Shown: positions 47,431 through 56,647, counted from the first letter of the stretch. The stretch is DNA of 64,000 nt from a virus (IMGVR_UViG_3300032117_000012); one strand, 5' to 3'. The notes: generated by a model not told the origin, from the letters alone. Translations and numbers: made by a program.

Positions 47431-47507
47431 TGGTAGCGATGGAGAGATTCGAACTCACACTGTTCTGGTTCTAAGCCAGTTGTCTCCTGCCGTTGGACTA
47501 CATCGCC
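47431..47507 (-). tRNA. tRNA with anticodon TAG (Leu-CUN) but type-I architecture (5-nt variable loop), discriminator A, CCA encoded
   Basis: GGCGATG acceptor; anticodon arm ACTGG CTTAGAA CCAGA; T-arm GTGAG TTCGAAT CTCTC. Confidence 0.5.
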
Positions 47508-47508
47508 A

Positions 47509-47961
47509 CTATCTTTTTTGTGAATGGCAATTTGGACATAAAAATTGTAAATTTTCAGGTGAGTCATCCCAATGTTTTTCATTGATATGATCAATTTCTA
47601 AAATCAATTTTTTATTATTCCAAAAAGATTCAATTTTACATTCATTACATATTTCTGGTATCCCTAAAGCAATTAATCCATTTCTTAAATGGGATGCTTT
47701 TTGTCTTCCAGAATTTATATCTCTTGTAACTAAGCGTTCGATAGGATTTCTCTTATTTAGAGAGACTTTTCCTTTATTCCAAGCTTGACCAGTCATATGA
47801 GACAAATCAATTTGAAATTTCGAACACACACGCTTTAAATGACTTATGTTGCCTCCGACAGGCCTCTTGTCACATTTCCTCAAAACTTCAGATAAAGACA
47901 TCGAATCTGCTACTATTAAAGCTAATTCATCTTTTTTATAATTATTATATTTTTTATTCAT
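47509..47961 (-). CDS. HNH homing endonuclease
   Basis: C-terminal DHINEKHWDDSPENLQFLCPNCHSQK HNH motif; starts 2 nt after a tRNA. Confidence 0.7.
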   Translation of the reverse strand: MNKKYNNYKKDELALIVADSMSLSEVLRKCDKRPVGGNISHLKRVCSKFQIDLSHMTGQAWNKGKVSLNKRNPIERLVTRDINSGRQKASHLRNGLIALGIPEICNECKIESFWNNKKLILEIDHINEKHWDDSPENLQFLCPNCHSQKR

Positions 47962-48206
47962 TGATTACTCCATTAGTAGAGTAACTATTTATATAATATT
48001 GTATATTTACTAATCTAAAATGATTGATGTTTTCTTGCTACGCCCTTCTAGCTTAGAAAAAGTTTATCAGGCTAACATCAATCATTTTAAATCTGGTTCC
48101 AATATATAGTCACCAGCAACCTTTAAAACACACTTTAAAACACAAAAATAATTACAATATCCAATAAATTAATAAAAATATTAAGTTAGGGCATAATAAC
48201 TTCTCC

Positions 48207-48214
48207 TATTTATA
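48207..48214 (-). promoter_or_regulatory. T4 late-promoter-like TATAAATA on minus strand in a 480-nt noncoding region
   Basis: plus-strand tatttata. Confidence 0.25.
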
Positions 48215-48344
48215 AAAGAATTCGTATTAAGATTTAGCTAGAATATATTATATTGCATTTATTGTCAAGAGAAAATTTCAGTGTACAGAAACTTTCAAAC
48301 TCTATCTCGGAGCGACCGAACATTCTCCCCCTAGGGAGCTTACT

Positions 48345-48420
48345 GGTGGACCATCTCGGGTTCGAACCGAGGACATACGGATTAAAAGTCCGCCACTCTA
48401 CCTACTGAGTTAATGGTCCA
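48345..48420 (-). tRNA. tRNA-Lys(TTT), CCA encoded
   Basis: GGACCAT acceptor; ACTC AGTAGGTA GAGT D-arm; anticodon arm GCGGA CTTTTAA TCCGT; T-arm CTCGG TTCGAAC CCGAG. Confidence 0.8.
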
Positions 48421-48450
48421 ATTAACTGTTCAAACGGCTGTAGACAAAAC

Positions 48451-48699
48451 TTAATTTGTCTTAACTTGTCTTAAATATTCCAACACTTCTTCTTCAGTAT
48501 CATATACTTTGATATGTGTCAAAGGATTTCTTAGTGCTACATGAATTTTAGACCCAAATTTACGGATTATTCCATATCCTTCAAATCTTCCTTCACCAGC
48601 TTGTCTATTATTCCAACGAGTCCTATACCTATAGGGAAAAGGTTCGCTATTATAGTCTACATTCAATATTTCTGCACATTTTTGATAAAAACTTTTCAT
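48451..48699 (-). CDS. hypothetical protein
   Basis: 82-aa ORF. Confidence 0.35.
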   Translation of the reverse strand: MKSFYQKCAEILNVDYNSEPFPYRYRTRWNNRQAGEGRFEGYGIIRKFGSKIHVALRNPLTHIKVYDTEEEVLEYLRQVKTN

Positions 48700-48730
48700 A
48701 CCAATTATATAGTATAGTTTTTATATTATG

Positions 48731-48934
48731 TCAAGATAAAAGTTCAATTTCATCTTCATTACAAGGACATGTAACATGATCAAAAAAAACGTTTTTATCA
48801 TCAAATAGTACATCATATGGCCAACGAGTTGTGTTAACTATACCTACAATAGTCCCAGCTCTTGTTGTTGCTCCTTCGAAATTGTAGGAACATTTTTTGG
48901 TGGCTATGATTTTATCTCCTACTTTAAATTTCAC
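48731..48934 (-). CDS. hypothetical protein
   Basis: 67-aa ORF. Confidence 0.35.
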   Translation of the reverse strand: MKFKVGDKIIATKKCSYNFEGATTRAGTIVGIVNTTRWPYDVLFDDKNVFFDHVTCPCNEDEIELLS

Positions 48935-48936
48935 GA

Positions 48937-49641
48937 TTACGCTGCCTTTTTGAAGAGGAAAAAGCTTTCGTGCTGTGGATAATTATCCACAAATTTACGA
49001 GCATAATATGAAATATGGTTATTGCTAATCTTGAAATCTGGGATATCCCAACGAATTCGTTCAACAATGGTCTTAGGTGAAATAGTTGTGTGACCACGAT
49101 TCATCGCACGAAATGCATACGACTTAAAGAGAGTATACACATATGGATTCTCAGTGTCAAACTTTGTAAAGCTTTCAACCAAAGAATTATCTTTAGTGGC
49201 ATTCGCTGGCTCTTGTGCTGTAGGTGTTTCTACAGGTGACGATACAGCTTCAACCAATACAAGATCATTCTCATCAAAAGCTCCACGCCCCTTAAAGGAG
49301 TCAACACAAGTATAGGCATACTTATCGCCTGCCCATACCTTGTATACTGTCATATTCTTCCAAATGGGATACTTAATAGAACTGACCTTATCACCAACCT
49401 GAAACTTAGTTGGGGTTACCTTTGGTTCTTCGATTTTCTGAGGAACGAGAAAGATTTCATCTAGTGCAAACAGAGTTGCACTATAACTTGAATGAGTTCC
49501 TACCAACTTTGCTCGAATTGGATATGGTCGGCCATTTAGAACTTCCATAACTTCCAAATCTTTGTCAGCCAAATCAGAAAATGGATATTTACCATTTTGC
49601 TTCGTCTGACGCACAATATCACCAATCTTATAATAAACCAT
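48937..49641 (-). CDS. hypothetical protein (234 aa)
   Basis: long ORF. Confidence 0.5.
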   Translation of the reverse strand: MVYYKIGDIVRQTKQNGKYPFSDLADKDLEVMEVLNGRPYPIRAKLVGTHSSYSATLFALDEIFLVPQKIEEPKVTPTKFQVGDKVSSIKYPIWKNMTVYKVWAGDKYAYTCVDSFKGRGAFDENDLVLVEAVSSPVETPTAQEPANATKDNSLVESFTKFDTENPYVYTLFKSYAFRAMNRGHTTISPKTIVERIRWDIPDFKISNNHISYYARKFVDNYPQHESFFLFKKAA

Positions 49642-49707
49642 AATATATTCTCCGTTTCAATATGAGGGCATTATACCCTGTTTAATAACTCTTGTCAACT
49701 CTTTTTT

Positions 49708-49779
49708 TGGTGGCTGGTAGTGGATTCGAACCACTCTGAGAGGCTTATGAAACCTCTTTAATCACCAGATCGACCAGCC
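49708..49779 (-). tRNA. tRNA-Met(CAT) (elongator-type G1-C72 pair; could be Ile2/lysidine type), CCA encoded; D-arm short
   Basis: GGCTGGT acceptor; anticodon arm GAGGT TTCATAA GCCTC; T-arm AGTGG TTCGAAT CCACT. Confidence 0.6.
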
Positions 49780-50000
49780 ATTGTGTTTTTAATCTTAGAT
49801 TGTTCTATAACCAAATCAAGTTTATTTCGAAGGTTAATTGCATCAATTATTACCTGAAAATCCCCTCCTGCTATAGGTTTATTATTTTCAATTATATCAT
49901 ATGCATCTTTTTGATAATCCATAAGAGATATCTGTAGTTGTGTCATAAGTTTAGTAATAACTCGACCATCAACCCATGTTACGGTATTAGTCCTTTTCAT
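49758..50000 (-). CDS. hypothetical protein
   Basis: 80-aa ORF. Confidence 0.35.
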   Translation of the reverse strand: MKRTNTVTWVDGRVITKLMTQLQISLMDYQKDAYDIIENNKPIAGGDFQVIIDAINLRNKLDLVIEQSKIKNTMAGRSGD

Positions 50001-50016
50001 AATATAAAACCTTTAA

Positions 50017-50041
50017 TGGTGCCGATGGTTAGATTCGAAAC
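50017..50041 (-). repeat. isolated tRNA 3' fragment (T-loop TTCGAAT, T-stem 3' strand CTAAC, acceptor 3' strand CATCGGC, A, CCA) without matching 5' half
   Basis: reverse complement GTTTCGAATCTAACCATCGGCACCA. Confidence 0.45.
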
Positions 50042-50057
50042 ACATATATAGTTGCGG

Positions 50058-50128
50058 TGCCCCCAGAAGGAATCGAACCCTCGTGTCCAACTTACAAGAT
50101 TGGCAGTCTACCATTGACTTATAGGGGC
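50058..50128 (-). tRNA. tRNA-Thr(TGT), CCA not fully encoded (ACCG)
   Basis: GCCCCTA acceptor; AGTC AATGGTA GACT D-arm; anticodon arm CCAAT CTTGTAA GTTGG; T-arm GAGGG TTCGATT CCTTC. Confidence 0.75.
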
Positions 50129-50169
50129 ATTATGACTATAATGAGATATAAATTATATTAGGAGTATAT

Positions 50170-50829
50170 ATGTATACAAATAAATGCATAACATGTCAAG
50201 AAAATTTTACCGTAAATAGAGACTCTAGGAAAAGAAAGTATTGCAATTCATGCAAAGAAAAACAACCCAAACCCTCTACTTCTAAGACCTGTAAAAATTG
50301 TCAGAAAAATTTTGCAACCCCGACATATCATCAAAGGGTAAAAATATTCTGCTCGCATTCTTGTTCTGCTGAATTTAATAATAAATTAAGATCAAAGAAT
50401 ATGGTACAAAAATTAAAGACAAATATTGTTAAGAAAAACATTGAGCCACAATTTTGTATTTTATGTAATACTAAAGTAAAGTTTAAAAAATCGAAATATT
50501 GTTCTAAAAATTGTGAACTGACACATAAAAAGAAAATAAAACTAGACAAATTTGAAAAAGGTGAATTATCTTCCAAATTGGCTAAAGATATTCTCTTAGA
50601 GAATCACGGTAACATATGCTTGAATACAACTTGCGCATGGGATTTCACAAAGAAATTTGTCAGTGTTGAACTTGAACATATAGATGGTAACTCAGAAAAT
50701 AATTTACCAGAAAATTTGACCTTACTATGCCCAAACTGCCATTCTTTAACGTCAACTTATAAAGCTAAAAATAAAGGAAATGGTAGATCTGTCAGAATGG
50801 AAAGATATTATTCTGGTAAAAGTTATTGA
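50170..50829 (+). CDS. HNH homing endonuclease with N-terminal CxxC zinc-finger repeats
   Basis: C-terminal NLTLLCPNCHSLTS HNH motif; multiple CxxC pairs. Confidence 0.7.
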   Translation: MYTNKCITCQENFTVNRDSRKRKYCNSCKEKQPKPSTSKTCKNCQKNFATPTYHQRVKIFCSHSCSAEFNNKLRSKNMVQKLKTNIVKKNIEPQFCILCNTKVKFKKSKYCSKNCELTHKKKIKLDKFEKGELSSKLAKDILLENHGNICLNTTCAWDFTKKFVSVELEHIDGNSENNLPENLTLLCPNCHSLTSTYKAKNKGNGRSVRMERYYSGKSY

Positions 50830-50912
50830 AAGGTTGGTACGGGCGACAGGACTCGAACCTGCATGAGTAAAACTCGGGAAATTTTAAGTCTCCGGTGTCT
50901 ACCAAATTCCAC
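50826..50912 (-). tRNA. tRNA-Leu(TAA), type II with variable stem-loop, CCA encoded
   Basis: GCGGGCG acceptor; anticodon arm GGAGA CTTAAAA TTTCC; variable arm GAGT TTTA CTC; T-arm GCAGG TTCGAGT CCTGT. Confidence 0.7.
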
Positions 50913-51114
50913 CACGCCCGCAAAATAATGTTTAATTAAAAGGATGAAAAAATGTTTTTTCTTTCCCGCAATGAGAACATTTATAATCCATAAACGTTCC
51001 ATGGTTATTTGAATTATCTTCAATATTTTCTGATACAGTTGTATTATTATACAACCAATCATGAAAACCCAATTTACATAGAATATTCTTAATCATAATA
51101 TAAAACCTTTTAAC

Positions 51115-51199
51115 TGGTGCCCTGAGTGAGACTTGAACTCACATTCCCGAAGGATCCAAATTTTGAATCTGGTGCGTCTACCAATTCCACCATCAGGGC
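51115..51199 (-). tRNA. tRNA-Leu(CAA), type II, CCA encoded
   Basis: GCCCTGA acceptor; anticodon arm CCAGA TTCAAAA TTTGG; variable arm TCC TTCG GGA; T-arm GTGAG TTCAAGT CTCAC. Confidence 0.75.
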
Positions 51200-51333
51200 A
51201 TTCAACTTATATAGGACAGTTTTTATAATGTGTCAATCATTATTTTATATAAGTGGTTAATCCACATATAAAAATCCCTATCAAATACCGTGGTAGATAT
51301 ATCTGATAGGGATTTAAAAGTCAATACTAATTT

Positions 51334-52551
51334 TTAGTGATTGATGCGAATAATTCCATCATGATCTACTTTATTTGCAAAATGTCCTGCGGCTTCGTTT
51401 TTAACGCCTTTTAAGCGTAAACCAGATACAACACCATGTCCAGCTTTACCGAGCGTTCTACCAGCTTGTGCGTGACGATCAAAGGTATTATCATCATGAT
51501 CCCCGTTTACGATAGGGTATCTACGGCCAGATTTCACATCTTCAACATGAGTAGGATTTGGAACATCCTTACCCCTGTGATAAACCATAGCCACTGTATG
51601 TCCACCTTCCAATTTCTTAACTGATTCATGATCGTTTGATTCAGCATGTCCTGTCCCTGTATGCGAAAGTGTAAGATGATAATTTTCAGGCGTTTTAGGA
51701 TGGCCGACACGGTTAGGAATTTTTGTGTAATCATAAAATTGGGCACCCGGATGACGCTTAAAAAGTTGCGGAGCATGATGTTCCCATGAAATATCCGAAG
51801 TAACATTCATACGAACTCCCGGTTTATATCCCTTCTTTGTTGCTGCCTTAACGTGATTACCAATTTCATGATCAATTAATCGTCCAGCATGTTCAGGATG
51901 CATTGCCAAATAATGTGTTCTCAAAACTTTGGCCGATAATGCTGCGTCTGGATATTGTTTATTTCCACCAGCTTCTGTACCCAAGCAATTTGCACGGCAT
52001 TCTTTAGAAGCACGAGGGCAAACATCAAACTTATGAAGACCATTAGTTGCGTGTGGTGCTAAAGAAAGTCCTTTTGTATGAACCATCTCACCTGTGGATT
52101 TCTTAGTCTTACCATTTTCACCTAGCATAGATGGACCAGTTTTATATCCACGACTTTGGGCAAAAGAATTCCAATGAGCCTTTGATTCTTTAAGTTTTGC
52201 ACTAGATTGTGAAGGAGATTCGTGTTCCATCGATTCAAACGTATGACGAAGTTTTTGCCCCATTGTCTTATGTACATTTGCCCCATCAGGAAGCTCAGAA
52301 TTGCCCTGTTGAATAAGGGCACGAGTCTTAGGTAAATTCATAGACTTATGAGCAAACTTTTCAACATCGACATCTTCAAAAATGCTGCCAAACATTTTAT
52401 CATCCACGCCTTCATGCATAGATCCTGTGTGCATAGATGGATCGGAAGGACTACTTACATGGAATAAAAAGTCATGAAGACACTTATTGGTGATTAATGG
52501 ATGTTCGCTGACAGCCATTGCTTCAGCCAAAAATGAGGTAAAAGTTTTCAT
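51334..52551 (-). CDS. internal head protein-like, His-rich 405-aa protein with T4-type capsid targeting sequence at N-terminus
   Basis: N-terminal MKTFTSFLAEA parallels the T4 internal protein (IPIII/Alt) leader MKTYQEFIAEA, including the L-x-E prohead-protease cleavage context. Confidence 0.5.
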   Translation of the reverse strand: MKTFTSFLAEAMAVSEHPLITNKCLHDFLFHVSSPSDPSMHTGSMHEGVDDKMFGSIFEDVDVEKFAHKSMNLPKTRALIQQGNSELPDGANVHKTMGQKLRHTFESMEHESPSQSSAKLKESKAHWNSFAQSRGYKTGPSMLGENGKTKKSTGEMVHTKGLSLAPHATNGLHKFDVCPRASKECRANCLGTEAGGNKQYPDAALSAKVLRTHYLAMHPEHAGRLIDHEIGNHVKAATKKGYKPGVRMNVTSDISWEHHAPQLFKRHPGAQFYDYTKIPNRVGHPKTPENYHLTLSHTGTGHAESNDHESVKKLEGGHTVAMVYHRGKDVPNPTHVEDVKSGRRYPIVNGDHDDNTFDRHAQAGRTLGKAGHGVVSGLRLKGVKNEAAGHFANKVDHDGIIRINH

Positions 52552-52744
52552 AGTTTAAAATATCCCTGTTGATGTTGTACTTATTCTATTTAGGGTTTAT
52601 GGTGCTTCCAAACGGTCCCGATCCGTAAACCTATTTCTAGGTTCCCTTTGTTTAGCAAACAAGGACAGCCACCCGACTGCTCTACCTTCCATTGACTTAT
52701 ATATCGGTCATTAAATGCCTTTATGCCTCATATAGCAGTCATTA

Positions 52745-52834
52745 TGGCGGAACCGGTGGGATTCGAACCCACGGACCCCGTAAAGGGTCGCCACCTTTCC
52801 AAGATGGTGCCTTAGACCGCTCGGCCACAGTTCC
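52745..52834 (-). tRNA. tRNA-Ser(GGA), type II, CCA encoded
   Basis: GGAACTG acceptor; GCC GAGCGGTCTAA GGC D-arm; anticodon arm CCATC TTGGAAA GGTGG; long variable arm GACCC TTTAC GGGGTC; T-arm GTGGG TTCGAAT CCCAC. Confidence 0.75.
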
Positions 52835-52959
52835 AGTTATAACTTAAAATATTTACCGCACTTTAATCTGTAACTAATAGTTTGATTACTTACACTATTC
52901 TCCGAGAATTACTAATAGATTTACGTTATCTACTATTTAGTAATTCTCGGAGTTCTATG

Positions 52960-53046
52960 AGGAAGGCGGGTGGTGTCGATCCCCACACCCGTTAAGGTGC
53001 CACTAGTTTTCAAGACTAGGCTGTAGGCCGCTACAGTTCACCTTCC
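52960..53046 (-). tRNA. tRNA-Ser(TGA)-like type-II gene with non-canonical T-arm and no encoded CCA (opposite-strand reading would give anticodon TCA)
   Basis: GGAAGGT/GCCTTCC acceptor; D-arm CTGT AGCGGCCT ACAG; anticodon arm CTAGT CTTGAAA ACTAG; T-region GTGGG GATCGAC ACCAC poorly paired. Confidence 0.4.
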
Positions 53047-53114
53047 ATATTCATTATATATGTATAATAGGCTTAACCCATGTTAATTTAATCCGCTTGA
53101 TTGGAACCATTATT

Positions 53115-53735
53115 TTACATAGTTGGGCCATTACCATTTTTAAACCCAATTTCTCCGCCTTGATCAATAATGGCCTGACATACATCATCAAACAGCATAG
53201 GTTTGAATTCCGTATGCTCGGCAGATACACAAAAATATCTTGGATCTATTCCTTCTTTATAAAAGGTCTGATATCCAAAACTTCCACCGGGACCATCTAG
53301 TTCTTTGTATGGAACTTTCGTCATAACCCTGTTAGAATGAAGATGACCATGTATATTACATCCGAACCTTCCAAGAGACTCAGCATGAATTGGGATATGA
53401 GATAGAATCAACCCATTCATTACATGGTAACCACGAATATCATAAAAATACGGAGTATAATCAGTCAATTTAAAAATATCATGATTGCCCTTGATCAAAA
53501 CCTTCTTTCCATTCAGTTTACCAAATGTAGACAGATGTTTACGACCAATAACCGCATCTCCTAGTACATAAACTTTATCGTTATCTTGAACTGTATCATT
53601 CCACAGTTCAATCATAGCAATATCCATCTCTTCCGCCGAATTCCAAGGCCGAATGGGGTTACCATTTTTATCTGTAAAAACACACATATTGTTATGTCCA
53701 AAATGTGTATCAGCGATTAGAAATGTTCTACTCAT
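53115..53735 (-). CDS. calcineurin-like metallophosphoesterase (candidate 3'-phosphatase/2',3'-cyclic phosphodiesterase of an end-healing system)
   Basis: DTHFGH, GDAV, GNHD, GHLH metallophosphatase motifs. Confidence 0.7.
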   Translation of the reverse strand: MSRTFLIADTHFGHNNMCVFTDKNGNPIRPWNSAEEMDIAMIELWNDTVQDNDKVYVLGDAVIGRKHLSTFGKLNGKKVLIKGNHDIFKLTDYTPYFYDIRGYHVMNGLILSHIPIHAESLGRFGCNIHGHLHSNRVMTKVPYKELDGPGGSFGYQTFYKEGIDPRYFCVSAEHTEFKPMLFDDVCQAIIDQGGEIGFKNGNGPTM

Positions 53736-53916
53736 ATTTATTCCTTACAAATGATCCATTAAAATATCCGACCATTTTTCAATTATTTCATCTCTGATAT
53801 CATCGTCAAGATCGTTCCATTCATCTCCGATACCTTTACGAGATTCCAAATCTTTAACAATGGCCTCTGCCGCTTCTCTATACGAAGCAATATCATTTGT
53901 CAACATCCTTGACTCC

Positions 53917-54384
53917 TCAAACATAAGAAATTTTAGAAAAACCTTCTTCCATCATGGGATGTTGAAAATTCATCGCCATAGATTCCAAAACATGTTTTGG
54001 AATTGTCTTACCGAGACGAGAATCCAACCTACGCTGCCATTCTTCTTTATCTGGAACAGGAAATACAACAGCCTTAAAATTATATCCAAATGGTTTCAAA
54101 ATATCGATAATTCTTTTCCGAGACTTCACCGAAAGATTAGTACGATCAATGTAGATATCAGACCCAGCTTCAGCTAACTTAGCCAGACGATTAAACATGG
54201 TTTTCTCAGCAAACCCTATAAGATCTTTAAATGCTGCATCATATGTCATCATATAGGTATTAGCAATATCTTCAATAATTCGATCTGTAGAAACAACAAA
54301 GGTATTAAAATCTTTCTGTGCATCAACCCAAGTGGATTTACCGGATCCGGGAACGCCGACTAAAAAAGTACATTTACGCATCAT
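53917..54384 (-). CDS. polynucleotide 5'-kinase, T4 Pnk kinase-domain homologue (P-loop)
   Basis: VGVPGSGKSTW Walker A identical in T4 Pnk (GCPGSGKSTW); IYIDRTNL parallels Pnk ISDTNL. Confidence 0.7.
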   Translation of the reverse strand: MMRKCTFLVGVPGSGKSTWVDAQKDFNTFVVSTDRIIEDIANTYMMTYDAAFKDLIGFAEKTMFNRLAKLAEAGSDIYIDRTNLSVKSRKRIIDILKPFGYNFKAVVFPVPDKEEWQRRLDSRLGKTIPKHVLESMAMNFQHPMMEEGFSKISYV

Positions 54385-54551
54385 CAGATCCTTTCTTCTT
54401 AAAAGTATACTTCAATTTTGGAACAACAACCATTTGTTGAGTTTCATTATAATAAGGATTAACCGAAACTCCAACCAATTCCCAACCTTCTCGTTTATGC
54501 CATGCCAGAGTTTCAGGAGAAAGTCCAGTTTTAACTGTCAAAATATTATAA

Positions 54552-55688
54552 TTACTCATAATCTCTTACGCCTTTAAATTTTCCAAATCTTGGTATACCA
54601 TCAGGAGTATAATCCTGAAATACTACAGTACCCATTTTACCTATAATTTGAGATTTGTCAACCAAAAGTTGTCGGCAATATTCGAGAGAACCTAATGGAC
54701 CACTTCCAAATAATTTACCTTCTTTTGTCTGACAAATTACATTCGCAGCTACTCCCTCACGATTACCATCTCCATCCACCACATCAATAATCAAAAATTC
54801 ATCATCCTGAAATTCTTTCCATTTCATTAATGATGTCGAACGCTTAAATTCATATTTTTCATTGAGACGTACCATGCCACCTTCAAACTCAGATTGTAGA
54901 TATTCCGAACATACATTACCGACATTTTCCAATGGACAGTCGAGAATAGTATCTACGGCCACAATAGAAGGATGATTAATAACATATACGATTGCCTCAT
55001 ACGTAGAATATCTTTGTATAAATCCTACATCTATAGATGGCACATCATAAATCCAGTATTGAACCTTGGCAGCAGATTCGATAAGATCTTCCGCAGTTGG
55101 AGTTTTTTTCTTAATCAATGACATTATCTTATTAAAATTACGGCTATATTCATGGTTATAAAGTTCGCCGTCCAGAATAAGATCTGGGAATTGTTCAAAT
55201 AATGGTGCCAACGCATCCGAAATATGGGGAACAGATACAAATAATTCTTTATTACGAGAAAAACATCCATCTTTGGTGACGATACATCTGGCACCATCTA
55301 ATTTTGGTTGGACTGATACTGAGGTAACTCCGGCTTCAATTAAAAACCGTAGACGATCTTTCCATTTTGTTGCCAACATAGGTTCAACACCTTGTCTGTT
55401 ATCAACATCATTAATGTTTTCAAAATAGCCTTTTTTTATTTGTTTTTCATACATCGCTATTACTTCAAGTTCGGCCTGATCTTCTGGCGAAGTTTCGTTA
55501 GTTTTTCCTACATTTTTAGACTTACACCTAGTCCAACTAGAAATAGTCTTCTTTCCATCTATTTGGCCAGAAATAGTATGGTAAGACCCCCCATCGATTT
55601 CTGCGTACCAAATTTGAATATTACCTTTGGTTGTTCTTTTATACAGATGAGGTTTCGTTTTCATTAATAATTTCTTTCTTAAAAACAT
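54552..55688 (-). CDS. ATP-dependent DNA ligase
   Basis: EPMLATKW start-of-domain motif; KLDGAR nucleotidyltransferase motif I (KxDG). Confidence 0.7.
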   Translation of the reverse strand: MFLRKKLLMKTKPHLYKRTTKGNIQIWYAEIDGGSYHTISGQIDGKKTISSWTRCKSKNVGKTNETSPEDQAELEVIAMYEKQIKKGYFENINDVDNRQGVEPMLATKWKDRLRFLIEAGVTSVSVQPKLDGARCIVTKDGCFSRNKELFVSVPHISDALAPLFEQFPDLILDGELYNHEYSRNFNKIMSLIKKKTPTAEDLIESAAKVQYWIYDVPSIDVGFIQRYSTYEAIVYVINHPSIVAVDTILDCPLENVGNVCSEYLQSEFEGGMVRLNEKYEFKRSTSLMKWKEFQDDEFLIIDVVDGDGNREGVAANVICQTKEGKLFGSGPLGSLEYCRQLLVDKSQIIGKMGTVVFQDYTPDGIPRFGKFKGVRDYE

Positions 55689-55799
55689 AATGTGTGTGAT
55701 AATTTTTCACATATACTGAGACTAATTCCCATCCATCCGCTCCATATCTATTCATTGTAGCTTCAGACATTTCAACAAAATTTAAATATTGAAATGTCT

Positions 55800-56231
55800 T
55801 CACTTCTCGGCCTCTGGATAGATAATAATCATAGGCTTTTGTTGTTTTTCTGCATAATCATGCGTATACCATGTTCCTCCATTAGGTTGCCATTCTTTTT
55901 GATATGGCACTACCATAAGAAGATCTGTCTCGTCAACTATATTTCTATTACGAGCAAAATAGCTTAAAGGCTCTCTACGTTCATCTGAGATAACAAAAGC
56001 TCGTAGATCCTCTTTTGCAGGCGGATGGCATACAATTTTATAACCAAGTTGTTTGGCTATATCTGCTAATTCTGCATCAACTCCTATACAATCGCCATGA
56101 TGAAATTCAAATTCTTCATAAATTTTTGCACCTTCATGTTTAATATTATGAAGAAAATTGCATGCCATTTGAATTTGATATTGATTACAACCGGAACGTG
56201 TGCCTGTTACACCGATCTTGATAACACTCAT
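55800..56231 (-). CDS. SLOG/DUF2493-like Rossmann-fold protein (tentative)
   Basis: IGVTGTRSG N-terminal glycine-rich motif, HHGDCIGVD. Confidence 0.3.
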   Translation of the reverse strand: MSVIKIGVTGTRSGCNQYQIQMACNFLHNIKHEGAKIYEEFEFHHGDCIGVDAELADIAKQLGYKIVCHPPAKEDLRAFVISDERREPLSYFARNRNIVDETDLLMVVPYQKEWQPNGGTWYTHDYAEKQQKPMIIIYPEAEK

Positions 56232-56647
56232 ACATCAGTCTCCGAATTTAACTTATTAATAAACCAAGGTCTAGCGATATTCGCAATAGGACCACCAAGT
56301 TTCTTTGGGTCAATCTGGGAAGCAATCATTGTATCCATTTCTTCCTTCATGATATCATTGAAAACCCAACGAATAAAGTCTCCCATAGATTTCATTTCAA
56401 ATAGCATAATTTGAACAGTAGAATCAGAATTAACAAACGTCAATGCTCTTGACGAAACATGTGCATTCCAATATCCAGATTCATACATCCATACTAAAGC
56501 TTCATCTCTAGCCTTGGTAGATTTGGGATAGATATCCCAATCATTAATTGGTTTATTTGTGACTAAACTGGTAATAGCTCCGCCAGCAATAAAGCATTCT
56601 TTCAGACCAGCTGACCCACCGAATACAGCAAGAATTTTATCTTTCAT
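56228..56647 (-). CDS. hypothetical protein
   Basis: 139-aa ORF, GG..G glycine-rich N-terminus. Confidence 0.4.
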   Translation of the reverse strand: MKDKILAVFGGSAGLKECFIAGGAITSLVTNKPINDWDIYPKSTKARDEALVWMYESGYWNAHVSSRALTFVNSDSTVQIMLFEMKSMGDFIRWVFNDIMKEEMDTMIASQIDPKKLGGPIANIARPWFINKLNSETDV

